Assembly (NCBI RefSeq): GCF_003182475.1
Contig: NZ_QGTS01000001.1
Span: forward strand, 167,980-231,979
DNA from: Mangrovibacter plantisponsor
GTDB lineage: Bacteria; Pseudomonadota; Gammaproteobacteria; Enterobacterales; Enterobacteriaceae
DNA: 64,000 nucleotides
Direction: 5' to 3'
Shown: positions 11,320 to 22,352 of the stretch, in pieces
Numbering within the stretch: the first letter of the stretch is position 1
How the letters are laid out: each line of letters opens with the position of its first letter
Program-made: the position numbers and the translations under genes
Notes under the pieces: model-generated
Database searches by the model: none
Told to the model about the DNA's origin: nothing
The model's input: only the letters and a program-made list of their open reading frames with translations

Positions 11320-12621
11320 TTACCGGTTCAGCGGCAACAGAACAGCTACCGCCAGCCCGCCAGTCGCGGAGGCAGATAAACGCAGTTGCCCACCATGCTG
11401 GCGGGCGATGCGCTCAACAATCGACAACCCCAGCCCGGCGCCTTTATCCTGGCGCGCCTTACCACGGTAAAATGGCCGAACAATATCAGGCCATTGTTCT
11501 GGTGGGATCCCAGGCCCGCTATCTGCCACTTCCACCACAGCCATGGGCCCTTCAAGGCGCGTAGACACATGCAAACCCGTTTGGCCGTATTTCACTGCAT
11601 TTTGCATCAGGTTCATCAGCGCACGCTGAACGGAAACTGGCCGCCAGGTGAACTCAGGTAACTCTGCCAGTTGCACAGTGAAATCCACACCAAGGCCCGC
11701 GTAATCTGCCACCAGCGCTTCTACCAGGTGATTGAGGTTACCCGGTTGCGCCACTTCGTTATCTTCTTTACGGGCGAAATCAATAAACTGCCCCAAAATG
11801 GCGTCAATGGCCGCAATGTAACGCTCGGCGTCTTTCTGCCCGGACTGAAACAACGCAGGTTCTGCAACCACCATGCGTAGCTTGGTCAGAGGGGTGCGAA
11901 TATCATGTGAAATCCCCGCCAGCATCTCTTCCCGGGCAGCATCACTACGCGCCAGTGTACTCACCATATGGTTAAACGCGCGGGTGACTGTCGCCAGCTC
12001 TTCAGGGCCCTGTGGTGGAACCGGCGCAGGCCACTCCCCGGTTGCTACCGTGCGCGCAGCCGCAGCCAGTTGGTTCAGTGGGCGCGAAAGACGCCAGTGG
12101 ATCCACGCAGCGCACAAAACGGGAAACAGCATAATAATAAAAGCGACCAGAACACCGGCAGCAGGCATCTGGTTGGAAATATGCTGAGCCGAAAAGGCTA
12201 TCCACCAGCCATCATCTTTACGCAGGCGAACCCACAAACGCCGCTGCTCACCATATTCCCAATGCAGTGTCACACCGGGAGGTAACTGGCGCGACAGTTG
12301 CGCGAAAAAGTGATGCAGCATCATGCCTTCTGGCAGGCTGTCATGCCGTGCGGCTGTAGGCAGTTCGCTGTCAGGAATTCCATGCATATTGATTAATTGC
12401 TGGCGGCGCTCTTCGGGCGTCAGTGTTGCGAACAACTGGTTTATCATGCTGATCTGCTGGCTGACCAGTGCGGCTGCATCATCTACCCGGGGAAACTGCA
12501 CCAGGCGAATCCACACGAACCACGCAGAAGCAAAACAGAGCAAAACCATTGGGATAAGCAAAGCGAGGTTGCGGCCGAGTAGAGACCGAAATAAGCGTTT
12601 GTTGAACACAGAGCCTGGCAT
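11320..12621 (-). CDS. two-component sensor histidine kinase (2 TM, periplasmic sensor, HAMP, HisKA, HATPase)
   Basis: H-box AGISHDIRTPL plus N, G1 and G2 boxes (DSGPGIP, GAGLGLSIV). Confidence 0.85.
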   Translation of the reverse strand: MPGSVFNKRLFRSLLGRNLALLIPMVLLCFASAWFVWIRLVQFPRVDDAAALVSQQISMINQLFATLTPEERRQQLINMHGIPDSELPTAARHDSLPEGMMLHHFFAQLSRQLPPGVTLHWEYGEQRRLWVRLRKDDGWWIAFSAQHISNQMPAAGVLVAFIIMLFPVLCAAWIHWRLSRPLNQLAAAARTVATGEWPAPVPPQGPEELATVTRAFNHMVSTLARSDAAREEMLAGISHDIRTPLTKLRMVVAEPALFQSGQKDAERYIAAIDAILGQFIDFARKEDNEVAQPGNLNHLVEALVADYAGLGVDFTVQLAELPEFTWRPVSVQRALMNLMQNAVKYGQTGLHVSTRLEGPMAVVEVADSGPGIPPEQWPDIVRPFYRGKARQDKGAGLGLSIVERIARQHGGQLRLSASATGGLAVAVLLPLNR

Positions 12622-12722
12622 GTGTGCTCCTGTTACTCAGAATAACCAGGTGGGAATGAAGCCGGGCTTGTTAAGACCTGGCAGGTTTGAGCGCTAAAAG
12701 GCAGGTGAGCACTGGCACGTTG

Positions 12723-13496
12723 TCAGGCAATAACCTCACCGGATAACAAATAGCCTTTCCCCCACACAGTGCGCAACCAGCGTGGTTCGGACGGGTTCTG
12801 CTCAATGATTTTGCGAATACGCAACACCTGTACATCCACACTGCGGTCAAGTGCCACATAGCTGCGCCCGCGCGCGCGGGCAATTAAATTATCGCGGCTT
12901 ACCGGGCGGTTAAGCGTGGTCGCCAGCGCCACCAACAAGCTGATTTCTGCAGTATTGACCTCTACAGGCGTGCCCAAATGTGTCAGCAGTGACTGCGCCA
13001 GATCCAGCTCAAACTCACCAAAACGCACTTTTTTGGGCGCAGCCGGGTTTTCGCCCCCCAGCATACGCTGGCGGCGCAAAATAGCCCGGACACGAGCCAA
13101 CAGTTCCTGTGGAATAAAGGGCTTAGCGAGGTAATCATCAGCGCCACTTTCCAGGCCGGTTATCCGGTCTACCGGGTCGCCACGGGCGGTGAGCATCAAC
13201 ACCGGTAAAGTGTGCCCTTCTGCACGTATGCGGCGGCACACACTCAGGCCATCTTCCGGTGTCATCATTAAATCGAGGATAAGTAAATCCCAGGGAGAGC
13301 GGGCCAGCAGAACATCAAGCCGGGCGCTGTCCGCAATAGCCTGGACACGAAACCCATGCGCCTGCAGGTAATGCTGCAACATTTGGCGCAATTCACTTTC
13401 GTCATCCAGCACAATGATGCTGGCCTGGTTTTCCACTAAGCCCTGAGAGGTCACGCTGGTTTCTCCAACCTGAGTGTTACGGACTGACTGTAGCAC
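12723..13496 (-). CDS. OmpR-family response regulator (true start possibly the GTG at 13436)
   Basis: Receiver motifs (ILDLMMTP.DG, LTARG..D) and a winged-helix C-terminal domain. The N-terminal 20 aa of the ORF are probably not translated. Confidence 0.85.
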   Translation of the reverse strand: MLQSVRNTQVGETSVTSQGLVENQASIIVLDDESELRQMLQHYLQAHGFRVQAIADSARLDVLLARSPWDLLILDLMMTPEDGLSVCRRIRAEGHTLPVLMLTARGDPVDRITGLESGADDYLAKPFIPQELLARVRAILRRQRMLGGENPAAPKKVRFGEFELDLAQSLLTHLGTPVEVNTAEISLLVALATTLNRPVSRDNLIARARGRSYVALDRSVDVQVLRIRKIIEQNPSEPRWLRTVWGKGYLLSGEVIA

Positions 13497-13601
13497 CCGG
13501 GGCTAACAGGCCAAAGCGGGAAAATATGTCACAGTCTTACACGGCGGGATAAACGGGCAGACACCCGCTATCCCAACGCCTGGTTAAAACTGAACTGTAA
13601 C

Positions 13602-14888
13602 TTACTTGCGCCCAACAACACCGGCTTTTTCCAGCATGGCATGCAACAGCACATTGCCGCCTTTTTCGACCTGTTCTGGTGAGGAATACTCAATTTCGTT
13701 ATGGCTGATACCGTCTTTGCAGGGGATAAAAATCATCCCGGTGGGGGCGAGCATGCTCATATAGACTGCATCGTGCCCGGCGCCAGAAACAATATCCATA
13801 TGGGAATAGCCCAACTGCTGAGCAGCACGGCGCACGGCATCTTTGCAGGCCGGGTCGAAAGGCGCGGCCGGGTAGTGGGAAACTTGTTCCAGCTTAACGC
13901 TCAGGCCACTTTCCTGTTCCACTTTGGCAATAAAGGCTTTCAGGGCGGTATCCATGTTATCCACATCGGCATCGGTCATGTTGCGGAAATCAATGGAGAA
14001 CTTCACGCTGCCTGGCACCACGTTGCGGCTGTTAGGGTACACCTGCACCATACCCACTGTTCCCCGCCCATGGGGCGCAAACTGCCCGGCGATGGCGATC
14101 ACTTCCTGCATAATGCGGGTGGAGACCTGGAGTGCATCCTGGCGCATAGCCATTGGGGTTGGCCCGGCATGGGATTCCATCCCCGTTACAGTGCAGTCAT
14201 ACCAGCGGATCCCCAGCACGGCCTGCACCACGCCAATAGAAATATCCTGGTCTTCCAGAATCGGCCCCTGCTCAATGTGAGCTTCAAAATAGGCACCAAT
14301 CGGGTGTTGCCCGGGAACTGCCGGCCCGGCATAACCAATTTTATGCAGTTCATCTTTTACAGTTTTGCCGGTGGTATCGGTGGCGGCATAGGCCTGTTCC
14401 AGCGTGAAAATACCGGCAAACACCCCGGAGCCCATCATCACCGGAACAAAGCGGGAACCTTCTTCGTTGGTCCAGAACACCATTTCTACCGGTGCTTCAG
14501 TTTCAATACCGTAGTCATTCAGAGTGCGAATCACTTCAAGGGCGGAAAGCACACCGAAGTTACCATCGAACTTGCCGCCGGTGGGCTGGGTATCGATATG
14601 GCTGCCAGCGACAATAGGTGGCAGGCTGTTATCACGCCCGGCGCGGCGCATAAACACATTACCAATCTGGTCCACTTCTACAGATAACCCGGCTTCTTTG
14701 GCCCAGGACACCACCAGGTCGCGGCCCTGGCGGTCGAGATCCGTCAGTGTCAGGCGGCATACACCGCCTTTAGGCGTGGCACCAATTTCAGCCAGGCGCA
14801 TCAGTGAATCCCACAAGCGTTCGCCATTAATGCGCAGGCTCTGGGTATCTGCCGTTTTTTTCGTTGCGGATAATACTTCACTTGTCAT
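13602..14888 (-). CDS. Zn-dependent N-carbamoyl-amino-acid amidohydrolase / beta-ureidopropionase (M20, AmaB/HyuC family)
   Basis: 428 aa, M20 metal-binding His/Asp/Glu pattern. Last gene of the preTA-dihydropyrimidinase operon. Confidence 0.8.
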   Translation of the reverse strand: MTSEVLSATKKTADTQSLRINGERLWDSLMRLAEIGATPKGGVCRLTLTDLDRQGRDLVVSWAKEAGLSVEVDQIGNVFMRRAGRDNSLPPIVAGSHIDTQPTGGKFDGNFGVLSALEVIRTLNDYGIETEAPVEMVFWTNEEGSRFVPVMMGSGVFAGIFTLEQAYAATDTTGKTVKDELHKIGYAGPAVPGQHPIGAYFEAHIEQGPILEDQDISIGVVQAVLGIRWYDCTVTGMESHAGPTPMAMRQDALQVSTRIMQEVIAIAGQFAPHGRGTVGMVQVYPNSRNVVPGSVKFSIDFRNMTDADVDNMDTALKAFIAKVEQESGLSVKLEQVSHYPAAPFDPACKDAVRRAAQQLGYSHMDIVSGAGHDAVYMSMLAPTGMIFIPCKDGISHNEIEYSSPEQVEKGGNVLLHAMLEKAGVVGRK

Positions 14889-14927
14889 GACTTTCTCCTT
14901 CCTTCATTGAATTCGAATAACAGGGTA

Positions 14928-16400
<1,473 letters not shown>

Positions 16401-17705
16401 TCAGGCGGTGGTTGCCATCGGGTTATTGGGGTGCGTTGTCCAGTTGGCATACTGGTCGGTCACCACTTTACCGGTGCGTTTATCCACTTCGCCGGGTTGC
16501 AAACTACGCAGAGAAATACAGTTTTCTACCGGGCAGACAGAGGCGCACAGGTTGCAGCCAACGCAGTCTTCTTCGCGCACTTCAAAGTGGCGTTCACCGT
16601 CTTGTAAGGTAGAGATGGCCTGGTGAGAGGTGTCTTCACACACCAGGTGGCAACGCCCGCATTTAATACACAGGCTTTGATCAATGACGGCTTTATCAAC
16701 ATGATTAAGGTTGAGGTAACGCCAGTCAGTAACACTGCCCAGCGCCATGCCGCGGAAATCTTCAATGGTGCGGAACCCTTTCTGATCCATGTAGTTTTCC
16801 AGGCCGCTAATCATGTCGCGCACAATCTGGAAACCATTGACCATCACGGCTGTACACACCTGAACGTTGCCACAACCGAGCGCGATAAATTCCGCCGCAT
16901 CGCGCCAGGTGGAAATCCCGCCGATACCGGAAATCGGCAGCCCCTGGGTTTGCGCATCGCGGCCAATTTCAGACACCATATTCAGGGCAATGGGTTTCAC
17001 CGCCGGGCCACAATAGCCGCCGTGGGACCCTTTATTGCCGGTATGGGGCGTCATCAGCATGGAATCCAGGTCAACGCCCATCACGGAGTTGATGGTGTTG
17101 ATCAGTGAAACGGCATCTGCGCCACCAGCCCGCGCAGCTCTGGCGGGGTAGCGGATGTCGGTGATATTTGGGGTGAGTTTGACGATAACCGGCAGGCTGC
17201 AATACTGTTTGCACCAGCGGGTAACCATCTCAATATATTCAGGCACCTGGCCTACTGCCGCGCCCATGCCCCGTTCACTCATCCCGTGCGGGCAACCAAA
17301 GTTCAGTTCAATGCCATCAGCGCCGGTTGCTTCCACTTGCGGCAGAATAGTTTTCCAGGCGTCTTCTTCGCAGGGCACCATGATAGAGACCACAATCGCC
17401 CGGTCCGGCCAGCGTTTTTTCACCTGAGCAATTTCTTCCAGGTTAATGGCGAGGCTGCGGTCGGTGATAAGTTCAATATTATTCAGGCCAAGCACTTTGC
17501 GGTCTGCGCCGCGCAACGTGCTGTAACGCGGGCCGCTTACGTTAACGACATGGGGGTCAAGCCCGAGGGTTTTCCACACCACGCCACCCCAGCCAGCGGC
17601 AAATGCGCGTTCCACATTCAGGGCTTTATCGGTTGGTGGCGCAGAGGCGAGCCAGAAAGGATTAGGACTGTGGATGCCTAAAAAATTACTATGTAAATCA
17701 GCCAT
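16401..17705 (-). CDS. preA: NAD-dependent dihydropyrimidine dehydrogenase subunit PreA (DHOD-like domain plus 2x4Fe-4S ferredoxin domain)
   Basis: Start at Met58 of ORF 16401..17876 (MADLHSNFLGIHSPNPFWLASAPP, as in E. coli PreA). C-terminal CxxCxxCxxxCP motifs. 8-nt overlap (ATGGCTGA) with the preT stop. Confidence 0.85.
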   Translation of the reverse strand: MADLHSNFLGIHSPNPFWLASAPPTDKALNVERAFAAGWGGVVWKTLGLDPHVVNVSGPRYSTLRGADRKVLGLNNIELITDRSLAINLEEIAQVKKRWPDRAIVVSIMVPCEEDAWKTILPQVEATGADGIELNFGCPHGMSERGMGAAVGQVPEYIEMVTRWCKQYCSLPVIVKLTPNITDIRYPARAARAGGADAVSLINTINSVMGVDLDSMLMTPHTGNKGSHGGYCGPAVKPIALNMVSEIGRDAQTQGLPISGIGGISTWRDAAEFIALGCGNVQVCTAVMVNGFQIVRDMISGLENYMDQKGFRTIEDFRGMALGSVTDWRYLNLNHVDKAVIDQSLCIKCGRCHLVCEDTSHQAISTLQDGERHFEVREEDCVGCNLCASVCPVENCISLRSLQPGEVDKRTGKVVTDQYANWTTHPNNPMATTA

Positions 17706-19098
17706 GAGCGTGCTCCCCGGCGAAATCAGCATGAGATGTAGCAACAGAAAGTGCCTGTGCAATGGAAACTGCGGCGATTTTTCCCTGCCGCACCGCATCA
17801 ACCGTGAGATCAAGGCCACCGAAGCAACAGTCGCCCCCGGCCCAAACACCCGGCAACGAGGTCTGGCCCTGCTCATTGGTTAAGATGCGGCCCTGTTTAA
17901 GGGTTATCGCCGCTCCTGCCGGGGCCGGGTCGTAAGCCTGGCCAATCGCTTTCAGTACCCAGTCCGCCGCCAGGGTGTAACGCTCCCCACTGTCTGCCAG
18001 GCCGGTGTCACTTTGGGCCATCACACTGAATGTCACGCCAGTCACCTGGTTATTTTGCTGTTCATACGCCAGCGGCGCAGACCAGTAACGCAGCGTGACA
18101 CCGTTGTCTTTGGCAAACGCCTGTTCTTTGGGCGAAGCTTTCATGGATTCAGCCCCGCGGCGGTATACCAAAGTGACGTCACGCGCACCGAGCTTCTTCG
18201 CCTGAACGGCGGCGTCAATCGCCGTCATCCCACCGCCAATCACCACCACGTTACGGCCAACAGGCAACTGGCTGAGGTCCGTGCTCTGGCGCAGACGGGC
18301 AATAAAATCAACGGCATCCATAACACCTGTGGGTTCTGCTGAACCCAGGCTGGCATCGTTAACAGCCGCAAGGCCCAGGCCCAGGAAAACCGCGTCATAC
18401 TCTTCACGCAGTGTATTAAGCTGCACATCCAGCCCCAGACGGGTTTGTGGGTGAAAATGAATGCCGCCCACCGAAAGCAGCCACGCCACCTCTTTGCTGG
18501 CAAAATCTTCGCCCACTTTGTAGCGGGCAAGGCCATATTCATTCAGCCCACCCGCTTTCGGGCTGGCGTCAAACATATCCACTTCGTGGCCTGCAACTGC
18601 AAGTTGATGTGCAACAGCCAGGCCTGCCGGGCCTGCACCAACCACGGCCACACGCTTCCCGGTGGCAGGAGCACGAACAAACAGCGGCTTGCCGCCATCA
18701 GCAAAGAACTGGTCGGTGGCAAAACGCTGGAGCAATGCAATATTCAGCGGTTTGCCATCCTGAGCGTTACGCACACAAGCCTGCTGGCACAGGTTTTCTG
18801 TTGGGCAAACCCGGCTGCAAATACCACCCAGCACATTGGCTTTAAGGATCAGTTCAGCTGCACCGCGCGTATTGTTTTGTGCTACGCGGTGAATAAAGCC
18901 CGGAACATCGATATCTGCCGGGCACGCCTGGCTACAGGGTGCGTCATAACAGTAGTGGCAACGGTCAGCTTCTGTTACAGCCTGGTGTGCTGTGAGTGGG
19001 GCTTCGCAATCGGCAAACTCACGCGCGTAATCTGCCGGGGCTAATCGGCCAGCCTGTACACCAGCCAGATCAATACCCAAAGGTGCATGTTTATTCAC
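17698..19098 (-). CDS. preT: NAD-dependent dihydropyrimidine dehydrogenase subunit PreT (GltD-like)
   Basis: GltD-like FAD/NAD binding motifs (VAVVGAGPAGL, VVVIGGGMTAIDAA). GTG start at residue 23 of the ORF behind AGGAGG. Confidence 0.8.
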   Translation of the reverse strand: MNKHAPLGIDLAGVQAGRLAPADYAREFADCEAPLTAHQAVTEADRCHYCYDAPCSQACPADIDVPGFIHRVAQNNTRGAAELILKANVLGGICSRVCPTENLCQQACVRNAQDGKPLNIALLQRFATDQFFADGGKPLFVRAPATGKRVAVVGAGPAGLAVAHQLAVAGHEVDMFDASPKAGGLNEYGLARYKVGEDFASKEVAWLLSVGGIHFHPQTRLGLDVQLNTLREEYDAVFLGLGLAAVNDASLGSAEPTGVMDAVDFIARLRQSTDLSQLPVGRNVVVIGGGMTAIDAAVQAKKLGARDVTLVYRRGAESMKASPKEQAFAKDNGVTLRYWSAPLAYEQQNNQVTGVTFSVMAQSDTGLADSGERYTLAADWVLKAIGQAYDPAPAGAAITLKQGRILTNEQGQTSLPGVWAGGDCCFGGLDLTVDAVRQGKIAAVSIAQALSVATSHADFAGEHAHG

Positions 19099-19235
19099 AA
19101 GCCACCTCCTGCACTTGCCAAAAATGAAACAGGGGCAGCTCGGTGGGGCAACGAACAACAACATACTGCGGGACGTCTCTGCTCATTATGCTTCTCCTGA
19201 AAGATGCAGCTCACGAAAAGTCCGGCTGCAAATTT

Positions 19236-19251
19236 TTGACCAAATGGTTAA
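19236..19251. promoter_or_regulatory. RutR-box-like operator (TTGACCAAATGGTTAA) in the preT promoter region
   Basis: 15/16 match to the E. coli RutR consensus TTGACCAnnTGGTCAA, which I quote from memory of the literature. Lies between the RutR-like regulator gene and preT. Confidence 0.5.
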
Positions 19252-19429
19252 GTTTTCAGGAATACCCATGCGATTTGCATGCCATTTATTTCATCTTCCT
19301 TTAACCCTGCAGAAAACAAGGCTTAAGGCCACCAACACACGCTTATCAATGCACAACATCTCTTCATTTTGGTGCATTTCGCACCATTTTTGACACTTTT
19401 AGCTACATTAAGAGGCAACAGGCATGCCA

Positions 19430-20077
19430 TCACTCAAGACCACAAATCCGTAAAACACAACTCAGCACATGCTGGGTTGCACGCTCTTCAGCGCCTTCAC
19501 TGTGGGCATCACTCCCCAGAATTGCGGCTATCTGAATGTCAAAATCGGCGTAGGTCTGGGTCATCGACCAGACGGTAAAAAAGAAGTGAGTGGTATCAGT
19601 TGCGCGTAATTTTCCCTGCGCTATCCAGCCATCCAGCATGCGTGCTTTTTCAGCCACCAACTGGCGTAACTGATTTTGCAGTAACGGGTGCACCACCTGT
19701 GCGCCCTGCAATATTTCATTGGCAAACAGTTTTGAGGCATCCGGGCGCGTAAAGCTGAAGCGGATTTTTTTGCGTACATAAGCTTCCAGCGCCGCTTTAG
19801 GGTCTGCGTCCGCCACCATGACTTCGAGTGGCGCCAGCCAGTCATGGAGAATGCGCTCCAGTACCCGCAGATAAAGGTTTTGTTTATTGCCGAAGTAATA
19901 GTGAAGGTTGGGCTTGGGGAGTTGGGCTTCATCGGCTATTTGTTGCATGGTCGCACCGCGAAAGCCATAACGGGCAAACACCCGCTCAGCCGCAGGCAGG
20001 ATAACGGCTTCATTGTCCTGGCGAATGCGCCCTTTATCCGGGCTTTCCACCATGCCACTGAGCAATACATCATTCAT
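19430..20077 (-). CDS. TetR-family regulator, RutR-like (pyrimidine utilisation regulator homolog)
   Basis: Alignable over its length with E. coli RutR (..LYYFPSKE/LHYYFGNKQ.. ..WLAPL.. ..YADF..). HTH at the N-terminus. Confidence 0.8.
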   Translation of the reverse strand: MNDVLLSGMVESPDKGRIRQDNEAVILPAAERVFARYGFRGATMQQIADEAQLPKPNLHYYFGNKQNLYLRVLERILHDWLAPLEVMVADADPKAALEAYVRKKIRFSFTRPDASKLFANEILQGAQVVHPLLQNQLRQLVAEKARMLDGWIAQGKLRATDTTHFFFTVWSMTQTYADFDIQIAAILGSDAHSEGAEERATQHVLSCVLRICGLE

Positions 20078-20132
20078 CAGTTAACTTACGCCTCCGAAAC
20101 GAATGAAAAGCGCCCTCCCTGGCGCAAAAGCA

Positions 20133-21149
20133 TTACTGCAGTTTGGCAGCGGCATCCCATACTGCGTGGGACATAGCCGCATCGCCCGGGTCTTTCTTAA
20201 TCACCGGGGTATCGCCGCCACTGTGCAGCAGAACATCAATGGTGCGATGGTAGGCTGCCGGGTCAAGCCAGCCAATTTTTGGGGTGTTCGCGTTGGTTAT
20301 CAGTTTGGCGACATTTTCCATCTGGCGTGTTTGCCCTTCCACGGTGGAAGCACCAGAGGCATCTTCAGCAACCACAATTTTTGCTGCTTCTTCCGGGTGT
20401 TTAACGGCATAGTTCCACCCTTCAAATGACGCTTTCAGGAATTTCGCCATTTTGCTGACAAACGCCGGGTCCTTGAGGTCCGGGCCACGCACGTACAGGC
20501 CGTCTTCCAGGGTTGAAACCCCTTCGTCCTCATAGGGGAAATTAATCAGTTCATCTTTTTTCAGCCCGGCGTCAATTAACTGCCAGTATTCGTTGTAATT
20601 CATGGTGGAGATACAGGCAGCCTGGTCCTGTAACAATGGGTCAACGTTGAAGCCCTGTTTTAAGATGGTGATGTCTTTACCCGGTTTCAGCCCCAGTTTG
20701 TTCATCCAGTTAAAGAAGGGGTATTCGTTGCCGCCGAACCAGACACCGAGGGTTTTGCCTTTAAAGTCTGCCGGGGTTTTAATGCCACTGGCTTTTTTAC
20801 AGGTGAGCATCATGCCCGAGCGGTCATAGACCTGGGCAATATTCACTAATGGAACGCCGGCTTCGCGGGAAGCAAGCGCATCAGGCAGCCAGTCAACAAT
20901 GACATCTGCAGATTTACCGGCAATCACCTGGACTGGCGAAATATCCGTCCCGCCCGGCTTGATAGTGACATCCAGCCCTTCCTTTTGATAAAAACCTTTC
21001 GCCTGAGCCACGTAATAGCCAGCAAACTGCGCCTGCGGCACCCATTTTAACTGGAGTGTCACTTTCTCTGCGGCAAAGGTTTGAAAGGCGAGCGTCGCAG
21101 ACATTGCCGCCAGCAACAATCCCCGGCGAAAAGCAGAACGTTTTATCAT
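20133..21149 (-). CDS. ABC transporter substrate-binding protein, NitT/TauT (NMT1/THI5-like) family
   Basis: Start at Met15 behind GAGGAG. Signal peptide. NMT1-like fold signature. Confidence 0.75.
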   Translation of the reverse strand: MIKRSAFRRGLLLAAMSATLAFQTFAAEKVTLQLKWVPQAQFAGYYVAQAKGFYQKEGLDVTIKPGGTDISPVQVIAGKSADVIVDWLPDALASREAGVPLVNIAQVYDRSGMMLTCKKASGIKTPADFKGKTLGVWFGGNEYPFFNWMNKLGLKPGKDITILKQGFNVDPLLQDQAACISTMNYNEYWQLIDAGLKKDELINFPYEDEGVSTLEDGLYVRGPDLKDPAFVSKMAKFLKASFEGWNYAVKHPEEAAKIVVAEDASGASTVEGQTRQMENVAKLITNANTPKIGWLDPAAYHRTIDVLLHSGGDTPVIKKDPGDAAMSHAVWDAAAKLQ

Positions 21150-21281
21150 TGAGTAACTCCTCGGGTTAGGTATGTATATCCCCAGACTCATTCCGGCATA
21201 CCGCTACCAGCCGCCGGTATTAAAAAGGGAATACAAACGTGCTAAGCATCATTAATTAACGTTATTTTTCATTCACTTCGC

Positions 21282-22352
21282 TTACGACATACCACGCACT
21301 GTGGGATGCCAGAAATTCACCCGCCTGTCGAGGCGGACCACCAGGGCGTACATCAGCGAGCCGGCAACGGAGGCCACCACAATGGCAGACCACACCACCG
21401 GCATATGCATGCGCGCAGATTCAGTAGAAATACGAAAGCCCAGCCCGGCAGTGGGCGAGCCAAAAAACTCCGCAACAATGGCGGTAATTAATGACAGCGT
21501 CGCATTCACTTTCAGGGCACTAAAAATGAATGGCATGGCTTCAGGCAGGCGCAGGGAAAGCAGGCTCTGGCGCGGCGTGGCGGCATAGCAATACATCAGT
21601 TCCTGCTCCATTTTCCCGCAGGATTTCAGGCCAGCCAGGGTACTCACCAAAGCCGGGAAGAAGGTGACCAGGGTGACAACAGCCGCTTTGGAAGGCCAGT
21701 CGAAGCCAAACCACATCACCGCTATCGGCGCCACCCCCACTAATGGCACGGTACTGGTCAGGTTGGCCACTGGCAGCAATCCGCGTTGCAGGAACGGCAG
21801 GCGGTCTATCAACAAAGCAACCACAATACCCAGCCCGCTTCCCAGGACATAACCCGCCAGGACAGACTTAATCACCGTTTGCAGGACATCGCCCATCAGC
21901 ATACCTGAGCTGCTCACCAGCGCAGACACAATCGCCAGCGGCGCAGGCAAGATGACCTGGGGCACATCAAATGCCGTGACCAGGATTTGCCAGAACACCA
22001 GGATCCACAGCCCTAACAGGCTGGCAACCAGGCTTGCCGGTAGTGGCGTGCGGGCAAGGCGCTGCACACTGACCACCGCCAGTAATGCCACCGCCGCCAG
22101 AGTTAACCCGCTGAGCGGCAACCACGCAAGCCACACGGTACCTGCCGCCAGAGTGATAGCAAAAGCCGCCATGCGCCAGACCGGCAATGTGGGTGAACAG
22201 GCCAGCAGCGCACTGATAATCAGCACCAGGTTTACCGCCGCCAGCGCACCGTTCACCGGCGAGGCAACAGAGAGTTGGACCAGGGATAAAGCCAGTAACA
22301 GCAGTGCCAACAGCAGTGAGATAACACCCGGAATAGTTTTACTTTTCATCAC
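21282..22352 (-). CDS. ABC transporter permease (NitT/TauT family)
   Basis: Polytopic membrane protein with an EAA-like loop (..ATPRQSLLSLRLPEAMPFIFSALKV..). Confidence 0.75.
   Translation of the reverse strand: MMKSKTIPGVISLLLALLLLALSLVQLSVASPVNGALAAVNLVLIISALLACSPTLPVWRMAAFAITLAAGTVWLAWLPLSGLTLAAVALLAVVSVQRLARTPLPASLVASLLGLWILVFWQILVTAFDVPQVILPAPLAIVSALVSSSGMLMGDVLQTVIKSVLAGYVLGSGLGIVVALLIDRLPFLQRGLLPVANLTSTVPLVGVAPIAVMWFGFDWPSKAAVVTLVTFFPALVSTLAGLKSCGKMEQELMYCYAATPRQSLLSLRLPEAMPFIFSALKVNATLSLITAIVAEFFGSPTAGLGFRISTESARMHMPVVWSAIVVASVAGSLMYALVVRLDRRVNFWHPTVRGMS

Noticed and set aside
17706-17876. 57-codon N-terminal extension of the preA ORF
   Set aside because: E. coli PreA alignment starts at MADLHS (17705). 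The extension overlaps the preT 3' end and lacks an RBS.
19098-19164. Upstream ATG start for preT (19164)
   Set aside because: A strong AGGAGG sits 7 nt before the GTG at 19098. The E. coli PreT N-terminus aligns from there.
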